From the NCBI GenBank assembly GCA_025936045.1, contig JAICUB010000015.1:30642-94641 (forward strand): 64,000 nucleotides of DNA, read 5' to 3'. This DNA is from Polyangiaceae bacterium (GTDB taxonomy: Bacteria; Myxococcota_A; Polyangia; Polyangiales; Polyangiaceae). Under the pieces are notes generated by a model, which searched no databases, was not told the DNA's origin, and was given only the letters and a program-made list of their open reading frames with translations. The stretch's first letter is position 1. Each line of letters begins with the position of its first letter. Shown piece after piece: positions 49,545 to 58,426 of the stretch. The position numbers and the translations under genes were made by a program.

Positions 49545-49581
49545 GGGGTTTTCTTTTGCATGGTGCTCGGTCGACGGCAAC

Positions 49582-51246
49582 TCACTTCGGGGGCAACCCG
49601 TACAGCGTCGGACGCCAGATGATGTAGCCCGTTGCACCGCCGGTGCCCCAGCTGATCTCCTGCAGCATGTTCTTGCCGTTGTCGACCTGGTGAATTTTGC
49701 CCTGAGTCGAGTAGGTCACGAGCGTATTCCCGTTCGGGAGGCGTTGGACATCACCCATGACGGCGTTCGCGATCACCGGGGACGCCGTGTACTCCCACAA
49801 CTTGGTGGCCGTCTTCGCGGTCGTATCCAGCTGAAGCTCGATGGCGTTCGAGCCGGCGCCCGGCGCGCCGTTGTTGAACATGAGAATGTGGTTCGCGCCG
49901 AGCACCTCGAGGTTGTGCTCGACCTGCCACGTCGCGGCGTCACCCGTAAAGTCGTTGTCGCTGCCGCCCCCGAGGACCCATACGACCTCGCCCGTGCGCT
50001 TCATCTTCACGTATGCGTTGTGATCGAGCTCCGAAACCACGAGGGTATCGTCTTCCTTCGAGTACTCGACCGCATTCGCGTGGCACGCGCCGCTCGTGAA
50101 CGCCTTGCTGAGGTTCATGACGGTCGTCGTCATGCCCGTGGACGGAACGTACTGCTTGATGTCATCGCACGACGCGCCGCCCTGACCGTAAGCGATGAAG
50201 TACATCGTCTCGTCGGGCAGAATCGTAAAGTCGTGGTTCATGTTCGCGAACTGCATGCTCATGTCCACGGCGCCGGTGCCGTCCATGTTGACCCTGACCA
50301 TGTGCCCCGCCTGCGACGGCACGTTGCCGTGGCCGATCCACATGTACTTCCCGTCGGAGCTCATGCGCGCGCGCGTCAAGTCGCCGATCTTCGGGTCGAA
50401 CCACCAGACGACGTCGTTGTCCTTGTCCATGATGAACGCGATCTGCTTGCCCGCGTACCACTCGCCCACCATGAAGCCGCCAGCGAGCTTGGTCGCGTCC
50501 TTCGTCGTGATCGCTCCCTTCGGAATGCCGTTCGCGGCGGGACCGGTCATGAGCGTCTGATCCTCGCCCGTGCACGTGCTTCCTCCGCTGCTCACGACGA
50601 CGCGGTAGTGGTACGGCTTGCTCGGCTTCATGCCGAGGAGGAGCGTGCCCTTCGTGTCCGTCAGATCGACGGGAGCGGTGTAGCCGTAGGTCGTATCGAG
50701 GCCGAAGTCGATGTGCGCCGCGTCGACGTTCGCCAGGTCCGTCGTGTAGGTCACGGTGAACACCGTGCCGATCGCGGTGCTCTGCGTCGCCGTCGGCGTG
50801 ATCTTACAGCTCGCGGGCGTCGTGCCGCCGGCGCCCATGCCGGCGCCGCCCATCATGGTGCCGCTGCCGGCGCTGCCACCCACGCTGCCCCCCGTGCCCA
50901 TGCCGGCGCCGCCCATCATCATGCCGCTGCCGCCGGTCGTGCCACCTGTCGTGCCACCGGTGGTAGCGCCCGTGCTCCCGCCGGTGCCGCCGGTGGTCCC
51001 ACCAGCGCCGCCCGTCGCGCCCGAACCGCCCGTGCTGCCACCCGTGCCGCCGGTCGAGCCGCCCGTGCCGGGAGGCCTACCTGCGGTGCCCGAGCCGCCG
51101 GTACCGGTCATGTTCATGGTGCCGCCCGCGCTCGTCTGCGAGCCGCCGGTTCCGTCAGGGGTTTGGGCGCTATTGCCGCACGCCGCGGCAACGAGCGCGG
51201 CGCTCGAAGTCAGGAACAACACGAGGGGAAGGTTCGAGCGGATCAT
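49582..51246 (-). CDS. Arylsulfate sulfotransferase (ASST)-like lipoprotein
   Basis: Lipobox AAAC, GGT linker, LLGMKP..YHYRV, NHDFTILPD, HANAV, EHN, GDVQRLPNGNTLV. Confidence 0.8.
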   Translation of the reverse strand: MIRSNLPLVLFLTSSAALVAAACGNSAQTPDGTGGSQTSAGGTMNMTGTGGSGTAGRPPGTGGSTGGTGGSTGGSGATGGAGGTTGGTGGSTGATTGGTTGGTTGGSGMMMGGAGMGTGGSVGGSAGSGTMMGGAGMGAGGTTPASCKITPTATQSTAIGTVFTVTYTTDLANVDAAHIDFGLDTTYGYTAPVDLTDTKGTLLLGMKPSKPYHYRVVVSSGGSTCTGEDQTLMTGPAANGIPKGAITTKDATKLAGGFMVGEWYAGKQIAFIMDKDNDVVWWFDPKIGDLTRARMSSDGKYMWIGHGNVPSQAGHMVRVNMDGTGAVDMSMQFANMNHDFTILPDETMYFIAYGQGGASCDDIKQYVPSTGMTTTVMNLSKAFTSGACHANAVEYSKEDDTLVVSELDHNAYVKMKRTGEVVWVLGGGSDNDFTGDAATWQVEHNLEVLGANHILMFNNGAPGAGSNAIELQLDTTAKTATKLWEYTASPVIANAVMGDVQRLPNGNTLVTYSTQGKIHQVDNGKNMLQEISWGTGGATGYIIWRPTLYGLPPK

Positions 51247-51308
51247 CGAGATCTCCTTTTGACTGTCTCAGAGCGGGCGAGCAGGGGCGGCAAAGTCGAA
51301 CGCGAAAC

Positions 51309-52121
51309 TCACATTGACGAGGGAGCGGGGCTGTCGGCGCAGCTGGCGCCGACACTGGTGATGGGGCTCACGGTGTGATCGTCAGCCAAGATCGCGCCGA
51401 GGTCCGTGGCTTGAACGGTGAGGCACGTCGGCGTGTCCGTCGCCGACGCGTTCGGGCACGGCTCGCACTTCACTTTGCAGCTGTCGTCCATGCACGTGGA
51501 CAGCGTGTAGTGCTCGCTCAAGGCCTGGCACACTGACGCCGCGTCGCGCGTGGGGCCGAGCGAGGCGAACAGGATGTAGAGCTGCTTGAAGTCCATCGTC
51601 GCTTCGAGCGTTCCGCTGGTCGACGTCGTGCCGCCGTTCGGGAAAACGTTGCTGAACTTGAGATTGAAAACGTCGGCAGTCACTTGCAACGGAGGCGTCT
51701 GTGAGGCGTTGATGACGTGCAGCTTCATCTGAGGAACGGTCACCGAGCCATCCGCGCCGACAGTCGCCGTCGTAGTCGGACCGCAGGCGTCTTGCTTGAT
51801 CTGCTCGGGGGGCAATGCGACGGGGTTCTTGTCCGCATCCAGCATCGTCGCCGTGCCGTAGCCAAGCGTCGTCGTCTGATTCGAGCCGCTGCCCTGGATG
51901 TCGAACATGAACGCTGGCGCGACGCCGAACAGGTCGGCTCCGACGCCACGTGGCACTGCCCAATCGCCCTTTTTGATCGAGAGCAGGTAGCGATGCCCCG
52001 ACCAGCTCGCGTCGTTATTTTTCGAAGAGTCATCGTCGCCGCTCGAGCAGGCGGCGAGTGGAATCGAGATGAGACAGAGTGCAACGGCGGTCGAGAAACG
52101 CTTGAGCATGTTTGTATTCAT
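51309..52121 (-). CDS. Cys-rich hypothetical lipoprotein
   Basis: Lipobox LAAC; C-terminal Cys cluster; first gene of the ASST-2 operon. Confidence 0.75.
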   Translation of the reverse strand: MNTNMLKRFSTAVALCLISIPLAACSSGDDDSSKNNDASWSGHRYLLSIKKGDWAVPRGVGADLFGVAPAFMFDIQGSGSNQTTTLGYGTATMLDADKNPVALPPEQIKQDACGPTTTATVGADGSVTVPQMKLHVINASQTPPLQVTADVFNLKFSNVFPNGGTTSTSGTLEATMDFKQLYILFASLGPTRDAASVCQALSEHYTLSTCMDDSCKVKCEPCPNASATDTPTCLTVQATDLGAILADDHTVSPITSVGASCADSPAPSSM

Positions 52122-52397
52122 TCTTCCGGGCCGTGATGGTGCCCGCTATCCGGGGACCTTAACACGCGCGCCTCTACCGTCACGTCAGCGCGATCACGCA
52201 GAGCTCGAGCTTCTTGGAAAAGTACAGCGCGGGAGCGTGAGTTTTCGCTCCGCGATCACGCTCTGCCGGGGCATCGCTTCTTAGTCGCTGGTAACGAAGC
52301 TCGGCGTGGAGCAGGCGCGCATGGCGGGAACGATGTGATCCGGAGAGTAAGGAGACAAATTGACGCCGCCACTCTCAATCCAGCAGCTGGCGCTGAT

Positions 52398-52420
52398 TAG
52401 TCCATTGAATAACTAGGCTT
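52398..52420. promoter_or_regulatory. 7-9-7 palindrome upstream of the ASST-2 operon
   Basis: TAGTCCA-TTGAATAAC-TAGGCTT. Confidence 0.65.
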
Positions 52421-52703
52421 ATCTACCGGCTATTTCTAAAGGCCCGGCGCGAATAAGCCGACCAAGGCGTAGATTTTTTGCTGAAGTTCTGAATCATGCG
52501 CGAGACCCGCTAATGCCCACGACGAGCCGCTCGTCTCGCGGATCAGCACTCGCACGTTCGATATAGGCATGGCCTTCAGTCATGGAAGCCGGCGGCCCGG
52601 CGAGCACGCCAAGGTCGAAGCCATCCCTTGCGAGCTCGACGTTTCCGAGCTCTACCGTGAGCCGCTAGGGCGAGCCGACGCGTGAACGAACGCGTCTCTC
52701 CCG

Positions 52704-53855
52704 TCACTTACACGTCTTGAGGACCGTGAGGAACCAGGGCGCCGGGTTGCCGCAGTACTTCGGGTCGCAGAAGAGCGCCATGATCCAGGTCCCCGAGTCG
52801 TCGATGCCCGGGAACGGGTTCATCTGCGCGTCCTTGAGACCGGAGAGCGACATCGGGTCGTCGGACGGGACGTACGCGCTGTAGAGCGAGGAGGCGATCG
52901 TCTCGAGATCGAAGAACTGATTCTCGAGCTCGGTCAGGCTCTGCGTGTAGTGGCCGACCGTGAGCTTCGTGATCGAGCGTGCCTCCCACGTGCGGCCGAG
53001 GCCGTTCGTCGTGAGACCACTCCAATCGACCGTGATGTTGGGATTGCCCGCGGGGAGCCCGATCGGCGTGAGCTTTTGAAGCGAGGTGTCGTAAGTAACG
53101 TTCATACTCGGACCGGTCGTCCCGCCGGTGTGACCGTTCGCGCCCGCAGCGGTGCGCGTGTTGGAGCCGAGTGCGAGGCTCGTCGTCGTCGACGCGGTGT
53201 CCACCGTGAAGACCTGAATCATGCGCGCGCCACTGCCTGCGTCCGTGCCAGCGGAGGGCATCAAGGCGAGGATCGTCTTGCTCGGATCACTGACGGCGGG
53301 GTTCAGGTAATCGTCCACGCCCTTCTTCACGTCGGCCGACGTCTTGTAGGTGTTCTGCGGCTGCGTGGGGACGCCGAAATCCTCGAGGTTGCCCTTCGTG
53401 AGCATCTTGTTCGTGAGGAGCTGGAGCGCGCCCTGGTTGAATTGCGTGAGGGTGCCGTCGTCGGCGTTCAGGTGCTGCTCGAACTGGTCGACCGTGAGGC
53501 TCAAGATCACGAGCAACGTCGAGTCGATGTCCTTCGCCGGGTCCATCTTCCGGCCGAGGAAGTCCGTCGTCACGCCCGACCAATCGAAGTCGAGGTTCGG
53601 CTCGTTCGCCTTCACCTTCGTCGGAGTGAGCGTGATGTTACTCGTGAACGTATAGTTGTTCGCGGCGTTGAGGGTTGCCGTACTGCCCGTGACGCACTGA
53701 GGAGCAGTCCCCGAACCGCCGCTTCCCGATGACCCGCCCGTCGCACCGGTGCCGCCGGTGCCCGCATTGCCGCCGGCTCCGGAGTCATCGTCCCCGCCGC
53801 CGCTGCACGCGAGAAGGAAAAAGGGAACGAGCGCAACGAGGAATTTGGAACTCAT
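52704..53855 (-). CDS. Uncharacterised lipoprotein, NPAP family, paralog 3
   Basis: Lipobox LLAC, two DWSG repeats, TWIMALFCDPKYCGNPAPWFL. Confidence 0.8.
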   Translation of the reverse strand: MSSKFLVALVPFFLLACSGGGDDDSGAGGNAGTGGTGATGGSSGSGGSGTAPQCVTGSTATLNAANNYTFTSNITLTPTKVKANEPNLDFDWSGVTTDFLGRKMDPAKDIDSTLLVILSLTVDQFEQHLNADDGTLTQFNQGALQLLTNKMLTKGNLEDFGVPTQPQNTYKTSADVKKGVDDYLNPAVSDPSKTILALMPSAGTDAGSGARMIQVFTVDTASTTTSLALGSNTRTAAGANGHTGGTTGPSMNVTYDTSLQKLTPIGLPAGNPNITVDWSGLTTNGLGRTWEARSITKLTVGHYTQSLTELENQFFDLETIASSLYSAYVPSDDPMSLSGLKDAQMNPFPGIDDSGTWIMALFCDPKYCGNPAPWFLTVLKTCK

Positions 53856-53899
53856 GTTCGGTGCAAGTAACTAGCAGCGAAGCTTCGGAGAAACCAGAC

Positions 53900-55669
53900 T
53901 CATAAGCGCGGCGGCGGACCGTAGAGGGTCTCACGCCAATTGGCGTAACCGCCGGGACCGCTGATGGTCTGGACGAGGTTCGCCGCCGTGGGGTCGATCT
54001 CGTGGATGACGGAAGCCGTGGAGAACGTGACCAGCGTGTTGCCGTTCGGCAGGCGCTGCACGTCGCCGAGCACCGAGCTCGTCGTGCCGGGCGAGTACTT
54101 CGGCGGGTTCGCGGGCGTCGCAGCGAAGGTGCCCGTCTCCGTCAGCTTGTAGAAGAACGCGGTCGAAGCGCCGCTCTGCCCGTTGTTGAAGAAGAGGAAG
54201 GTGCCGTCATCCATCATGTCGTGCCCGTGGTTCACCTTCCAATCACCGGGGACGCACTTCGGAGCGGGCGCGCCGGTACAGCTGCCGCCGAATTGCCAGA
54301 GCACGGCCCCTGCGTGGCTGAGCTTCACGAACAGGTTCGGGTTGCGATCACCGACCGTGTAGCTGTCGTCCTTCATGTGATAGTGGATGGAGTTGGCGTG
54401 GAAGGTGCCTGACCCGCCGCCGAGGCCCGAGCCGCCCTGGTAGATCTTCGAATCCACCGTGACGATCTTCTTCACGGTGCCCATGTAATCGGACTCGAGC
54501 AGATCGCTCGGCTGATCGCCCGATTGCTGGATCCACGACATGCACGCGGCCCTGCCGTCCGGCAGCACGGTGAGGTCGTGGTGACAGTTCGACATGCCCG
54601 GGATCTTCCCGGTGCTCTGCAGGCCATCCATCGAAATACGGCGCAGCTCGCCGCCGTCCTTCGCCATGTTGTCGACGTTGAGCTCGACCATCCACATGTA
54701 TTGGCCGTCGTAGCTCATCTTCGCGCGACTACACGTCGCCGGTGCCGGTGCGAACCAAACGATCTCTCCGTCGGAGTCGAGGATGAACGCGTAGGAGCTA
54801 CCGCCGCCCATGCCGCCGCCGAACCCGCCACCGCCGGCTCCGAGCCCAGAGCTCGTCACGATGAAGCCCTTCTGCTGCATGGACGCTGCCGGGCCCGCGG
54901 TGCGCGTGATGCGCGGCACGGCGCTCGGAACGGCGCCGGTCTTGATCATGTAGTCCGGGCTCGTGCAGCTCGAGGTCCCGTTCGTCACGTTGATGTGGAA
55001 CGAGTACGTCTTCGAGCCCTTCATTCCGAGCAGCAGCGTGCGGAACATCGGGCCCGTCGCGACGTCGACGGGCGCCGTCATCGTGGTCGTGCCGCCCATC
55101 AGCGTAAAATCGATGCTCGCCTTCGTGAGGCCCGTCATGTCCACGGACCAGTTGACGATACCGACCGTCGGAATGCCGTTAGGGCCGGCTTGATCCGCCG
55201 TCTGCGACATCGTGGTGAAGGTGCAGTTGCCCGGCATCGCGCCGGTGCCCGCCGACCCGCCCGTCGTCCCGGCGCCAGCCGATCCGCCCGTCGTCCCGGC
55301 GCCGGCCGACCCGCCAGTCATCCCGGTGCCACCCGTGGCCGGGACGGTGCCGCCGGTGCCGTTGGTCGTCCCGCTCGCACCGCCGGTGGTCGGCGTGGTG
55401 CCGCCCGTCGTTCCCCCCGTCGAACCGCCCGTGCCTCCACTCGTACCACCGGTACCGGGCTTGTTTCCGGTACCACCGGTCGTCGCCCCGCCCATGCCCG
55501 TCTGGGTGCCGCCGGTGGTACCGCCCGTAGCGCCCGTGCCGGGGACGCCCGCCGCGCTCGTTCCGCCCGTTTGGCCCTGAGTAGAGGAGTCGGTCGACGC
55601 ACAGGCGAGGAACAGACCCGTCATCAATGCGGAACCGAGAACCAACCGAATGGAAGAAAACTGAGTCAT
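53900..55669 (-). CDS. Arylsulfate sulfotransferase (ASST)-like lipoprotein
   Basis: Lipobox FLAC, GGT linker, LLGMK, DGEIVW, HHDLTVLPDG, HANSI, DRN, NHG, GDVQRLPNGNTLV. Confidence 0.82.
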   Translation of the reverse strand: MTQFSSIRLVLGSALMTGLFLACASTDSSTQGQTGGTSAAGVPGTGATGGTTGGTQTGMGGATTGGTGNKPGTGGTSGGTGGSTGGTTGGTTPTTGGASGTTNGTGGTVPATGGTGMTGGSAGAGTTGGSAGAGTTGGSAGTGAMPGNCTFTTMSQTADQAGPNGIPTVGIVNWSVDMTGLTKASIDFTLMGGTTTMTAPVDVATGPMFRTLLLGMKGSKTYSFHINVTNGTSSCTSPDYMIKTGAVPSAVPRITRTAGPAASMQQKGFIVTSSGLGAGGGGFGGGMGGGSSYAFILDSDGEIVWFAPAPATCSRAKMSYDGQYMWMVELNVDNMAKDGGELRRISMDGLQSTGKIPGMSNCHHDLTVLPDGRAACMSWIQQSGDQPSDLLESDYMGTVKKIVTVDSKIYQGGSGLGGGSGTFHANSIHYHMKDDSYTVGDRNPNLFVKLSHAGAVLWQFGGSCTGAPAPKCVPGDWKVNHGHDMMDDGTFLFFNNGQSGASTAFFYKLTETGTFAATPANPPKYSPGTTSSVLGDVQRLPNGNTLVTFSTASVIHEIDPTAANLVQTISGPGGYANWRETLYGPPPRL

Positions 55670-55750
55670 GGGGTCTTTCTGCCAGTAACCGAAAAAGGAG
55701 AAGACGGGCCGGGTATCGCCGTCAATTTGCCGAAATATTTGGAAAGCGAT

Positions 55751-55773
55751 TAGTCCATAAAACGGGTGGACTA
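55751..55773. promoter_or_regulatory. Perfect 7-9-7 palindrome upstream of the ASST-3 operon
   Basis: TAGTCCA-TAAAACGGG-TGGACTA. Confidence 0.7.
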
Positions 55774-55890
55774 TGATCTCGCGGATCCGACCGGCCGCGG
55801 GCCGCGAGGAACGAGATATTCGACGTCGAAAACTTCAAGCACCTTGTGTGCTGCCGGGCCTGCCCCCGATCACCGAAATGCTGAGAAGCT

Positions 55891-56793
55891 TCAGCGTGAA
55901 CCAACCAGCCCGCCGGCGCCACCGACCGTCGCGAGGAGCTGCGTGCCGTTCGGGATGACGTTGACCTCGAGTACGTCCGATTGAAGCAAGCGCTGCGTTT
56001 CGAGTAGCTCGAAGAGCGCGCTCGAGATGACCGGGTCCTTCGCGATCTCCCCGAGGGCCGCGCCGACGATGCGCGGTCGCGTCGTCGCGGCCTTGGCAAA
56101 CTCCACGGCCGCCTGCCGATCCGCCGTCGAGCGGATCACGTTCACGCGATTCGAACCGTCCTGCTGGATCGCAGCCGTCACCTGCCGCAGGCGGTTGACG
56201 ACCTTCTGCTCGATCTGGCCGATCATGTTGCGGTCGCGAAAGTGTACTTTTCGGATGTAGGTGCTCCCGAGCATGTAGCCCCACTCCTTCGACTTGACCG
56301 AGACCTCTTCGCGCACCGCGTGGCTCATGGCGTGGCGGTTTTCGAGCATTTCATTGAGCTTCAGGTTGGAGAGGCAGCGCACCGCGGCATTCGAGACGTT
56401 CGCACGCAAGGATCCGACCGGATCGACGTTCTTGTAGAGGAAGGAGAGCGGATCGCTCACGAACATCTCGCACCAGACGCCGATGCCCATCGGCGCGCCC
56501 TCCTCGGAGTTTACGGGTTGGCTGCGAAGGTAGCTTTGATCGAGGCGCATATCGACACGGCGAACGCGACCGAACAACGGGACCAGCGCCGCGAGCGGTC
56601 CCATCTCCGTCCACGGCGAGTGGAGCCCCGCCTCGCGCAGCGTGAGCCGCACCTTGCCGAAGAGCTCGAACACCAAACACTCGCGCTCACGCACGACGAC
56701 GTAAAGCCCGAGGGCGCGCGCCCAAAACTGGAGCAGCGGCACGACGAAGAAGCAGGCGATGAACGCGATGCCGACGGCGATCAGAAAATTCAT
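55891..56793 (-). CDS. SPFH/band-7 domain protein
   Basis: N-terminal TM, FGKV....GLH, SEEGAPMGI, WG..LGS.YIRKV, coiled tail. Confidence 0.85.
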   Translation of the reverse strand: MNFLIAVGIAFIACFFVVPLLQFWARALGLYVVVRERECLVFELFGKVRLTLREAGLHSPWTEMGPLAALVPLFGRVRRVDMRLDQSYLRSQPVNSEEGAPMGIGVWCEMFVSDPLSFLYKNVDPVGSLRANVSNAAVRCLSNLKLNEMLENRHAMSHAVREEVSVKSKEWGYMLGSTYIRKVHFRDRNMIGQIEQKVVNRLRQVTAAIQQDGSNRVNVIRSTADRQAAVEFAKAATTRPRIVGAALGEIAKDPVISSALFELLETQRLLQSDVLEVNVIPNGTQLLATVGGAGGLVGSR

Positions 56794-57797
56794 CGGACGA
56801 CTCCCGGCTTGCTCGCGAGCACGACTTGGCGCGCACGGCGGTAGAGCCCGAGCTTCGCGTTACGCACGTAGGCGTCGAGCGCGCCGGGGCCGCTCCCCGC
56901 GAGGTCGCGCAGCTGCGTCGCGAGCATGACGAGCGGCTGGACTTCGGCTTGTGCGTTCAAGGTCTCGATTTCGACCGCGCGTCTCGACTGGACGATTTTC
57001 TGATCCGCAGCGGCTTGCGCGAGGCTGATTTCGCTCGACACGTGGTTGTGCGCCGTGTTGATGGCGGCGAGCGCCGAGTCGACCTCCGCCGGCGGGTCGA
57101 TGCCGGTGATGAGCGCTGCGTCGAGATCGATCCCGTAACGCGCCACGGTCGAGGCGCAATCCTGATCCATGCGCTCGTTCAGGTCGCGCAGGTTCTTGCG
57201 GAGGTCGTTGATGGAGATGCCCTGGACCATGCCGCTCGGGTCCTCGCCGCCCGTGTCGAGCGGCGCCGCCTGCGTTCCGGCCGGGGCCTCGAAGCGCGCG
57301 ATGCGATCACGGAGCACGGAAACGAAGTAACCCATCACGTGCGCCATGGGATTTTTCACGCCGAAAAGGTACGCGTAGAGGTTCCGCTCCGAGACGCCGA
57401 AGCGGATCTGGCCCGAAAGGCCGGTGTTCAGCTGGTCCTTCGTGACGGCTTCGAGGATGCGCCCACCCTGGTTCACGCTCGCGTCCTCGGGGTCGTAGCC
57501 GATGGACACGGTGATGGTGGCGATCGACACCTTGTAAACGCGCTGCCACGGCAGCCTCCAATAGAAGCCCGGGCCGATCACGCGCACCTGCGGGTATGCG
57601 TAGCGCTCGCGCTCGTCGTGCCGCAGGTTCTGCGCCATCGGATCTTCGAGCGTGCTCGCGCCGAGACGCTGAGCGCGCCCGAACGTCGTGAGCACGGCGC
57701 GCTCGTTCGGCCCCACCGTGTAGAGCCCGAGCGCGCCGTAGCGGAAAAAAAACCAAAGCAAGAACCCGAGGGGGAGCCCGACCAGCACCTCTGCCAT
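56790..57797 (-). CDS. SPFH/band-7 domain protein
   Basis: YTVGPNERAVLTTFG, PWQRV, TKDQ, YGIDL..ALIT.IDPP.EV; ATGA coupling with the partner gene. Confidence 0.85.
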   Translation of the reverse strand: MAEVLVGLPLGFLLWFFFRYGALGLYTVGPNERAVLTTFGRAQRLGASTLEDPMAQNLRHDERERYAYPQVRVIGPGFYWRLPWQRVYKVSIATITVSIGYDPEDASVNQGGRILEAVTKDQLNTGLSGQIRFGVSERNLYAYLFGVKNPMAHVMGYFVSVLRDRIARFEAPAGTQAAPLDTGGEDPSGMVQGISINDLRKNLRDLNERMDQDCASTVARYGIDLDAALITGIDPPAEVDSALAAINTAHNHVSSEISLAQAAADQKIVQSRRAVEIETLNAQAEVQPLVMLATQLRDLAGSGPGALDAYVRNAKLGLYRRARQVVLASKPGVVR

Positions 57798-57871
57798 GGC
57801 CCGAGGCTACACGCCGCGCGCACGATCAGTCTCGCTTGCCGTACCGCCCTCGCTCGGCGAAACTCGGAGCC

Positions 57872-58423
57872 GTGCTCGAAAAAATCGGTTTTTGCAGGGC
57901 AATCGCGAGCGTGGCCTCGTTCGTGCTCCTGACCGGCTGCAAGACCACGCCGCCCGCGGCCGACGCTTCAGGGGTTCGAGGCACGCCCGGCGGAGGAGCG
58001 GCGCCCGCTCCGTCGAGCGCCGTCGCTCCGAACGGCGTGACGGGCGCGACGAGCACTGGGCCGGCCGGTCCCCCTCCCATCGGCAACGTCTTGCCCGAGC
58101 TCGCCGGCAAGTGGTGCTTCATGGCGAACGTCGACGCCAAGGACGGCGGTCGCGAGTCGGGCACGTGCTTCACGCTCAAAGACGACGGGACCTACCAGTT
58201 TCGTGCGGACGGCAGCGCTCCGGCTCCGTTCACGGGCTCGGCGCCGCCGTCGAGCGAAGTCGGGCACTGGGTCGCGACGACCAACACGCTCAGCGTCGTC
58301 GCCGCGAGCGGGCAGGTGACGCGCTATCCGCTCGCGAAGAAGAACCATCCGAAAACGCGCGACCCCATGCTCGTCTTGAGCGGGCAGCCGTTCGTCACCG
58401 TATTTCAAAAGCAGCCGTGGTGA
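57872..58423 (+). CDS. Hypothetical lipoprotein (lipocalin-like)
   Basis: Lipobox LTGC, ELAGKW, L..DGTY, G.W; GTG at 57872 follows GGAG. Confidence 0.65.
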   Translation: MLEKIGFCRAIASVASFVLLTGCKTTPPAADASGVRGTPGGGAAPAPSSAVAPNGVTGATSTGPAGPPPIGNVLPELAGKWCFMANVDAKDGGRESGTCFTLKDDGTYQFRADGSAPAPFTGSAPPSSEVGHWVATTNTLSVVAASGQVTRYPLAKKNHPKTRDPMLVLSGQPFVTVFQKQPW

Positions 58424-58426
58424 GCG

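Noticed and set aside
55891-57797. SPFH pair as part of the sulfur system
   Set aside because: It lies upstream of the operator, with no sequence evidence for a functional link.
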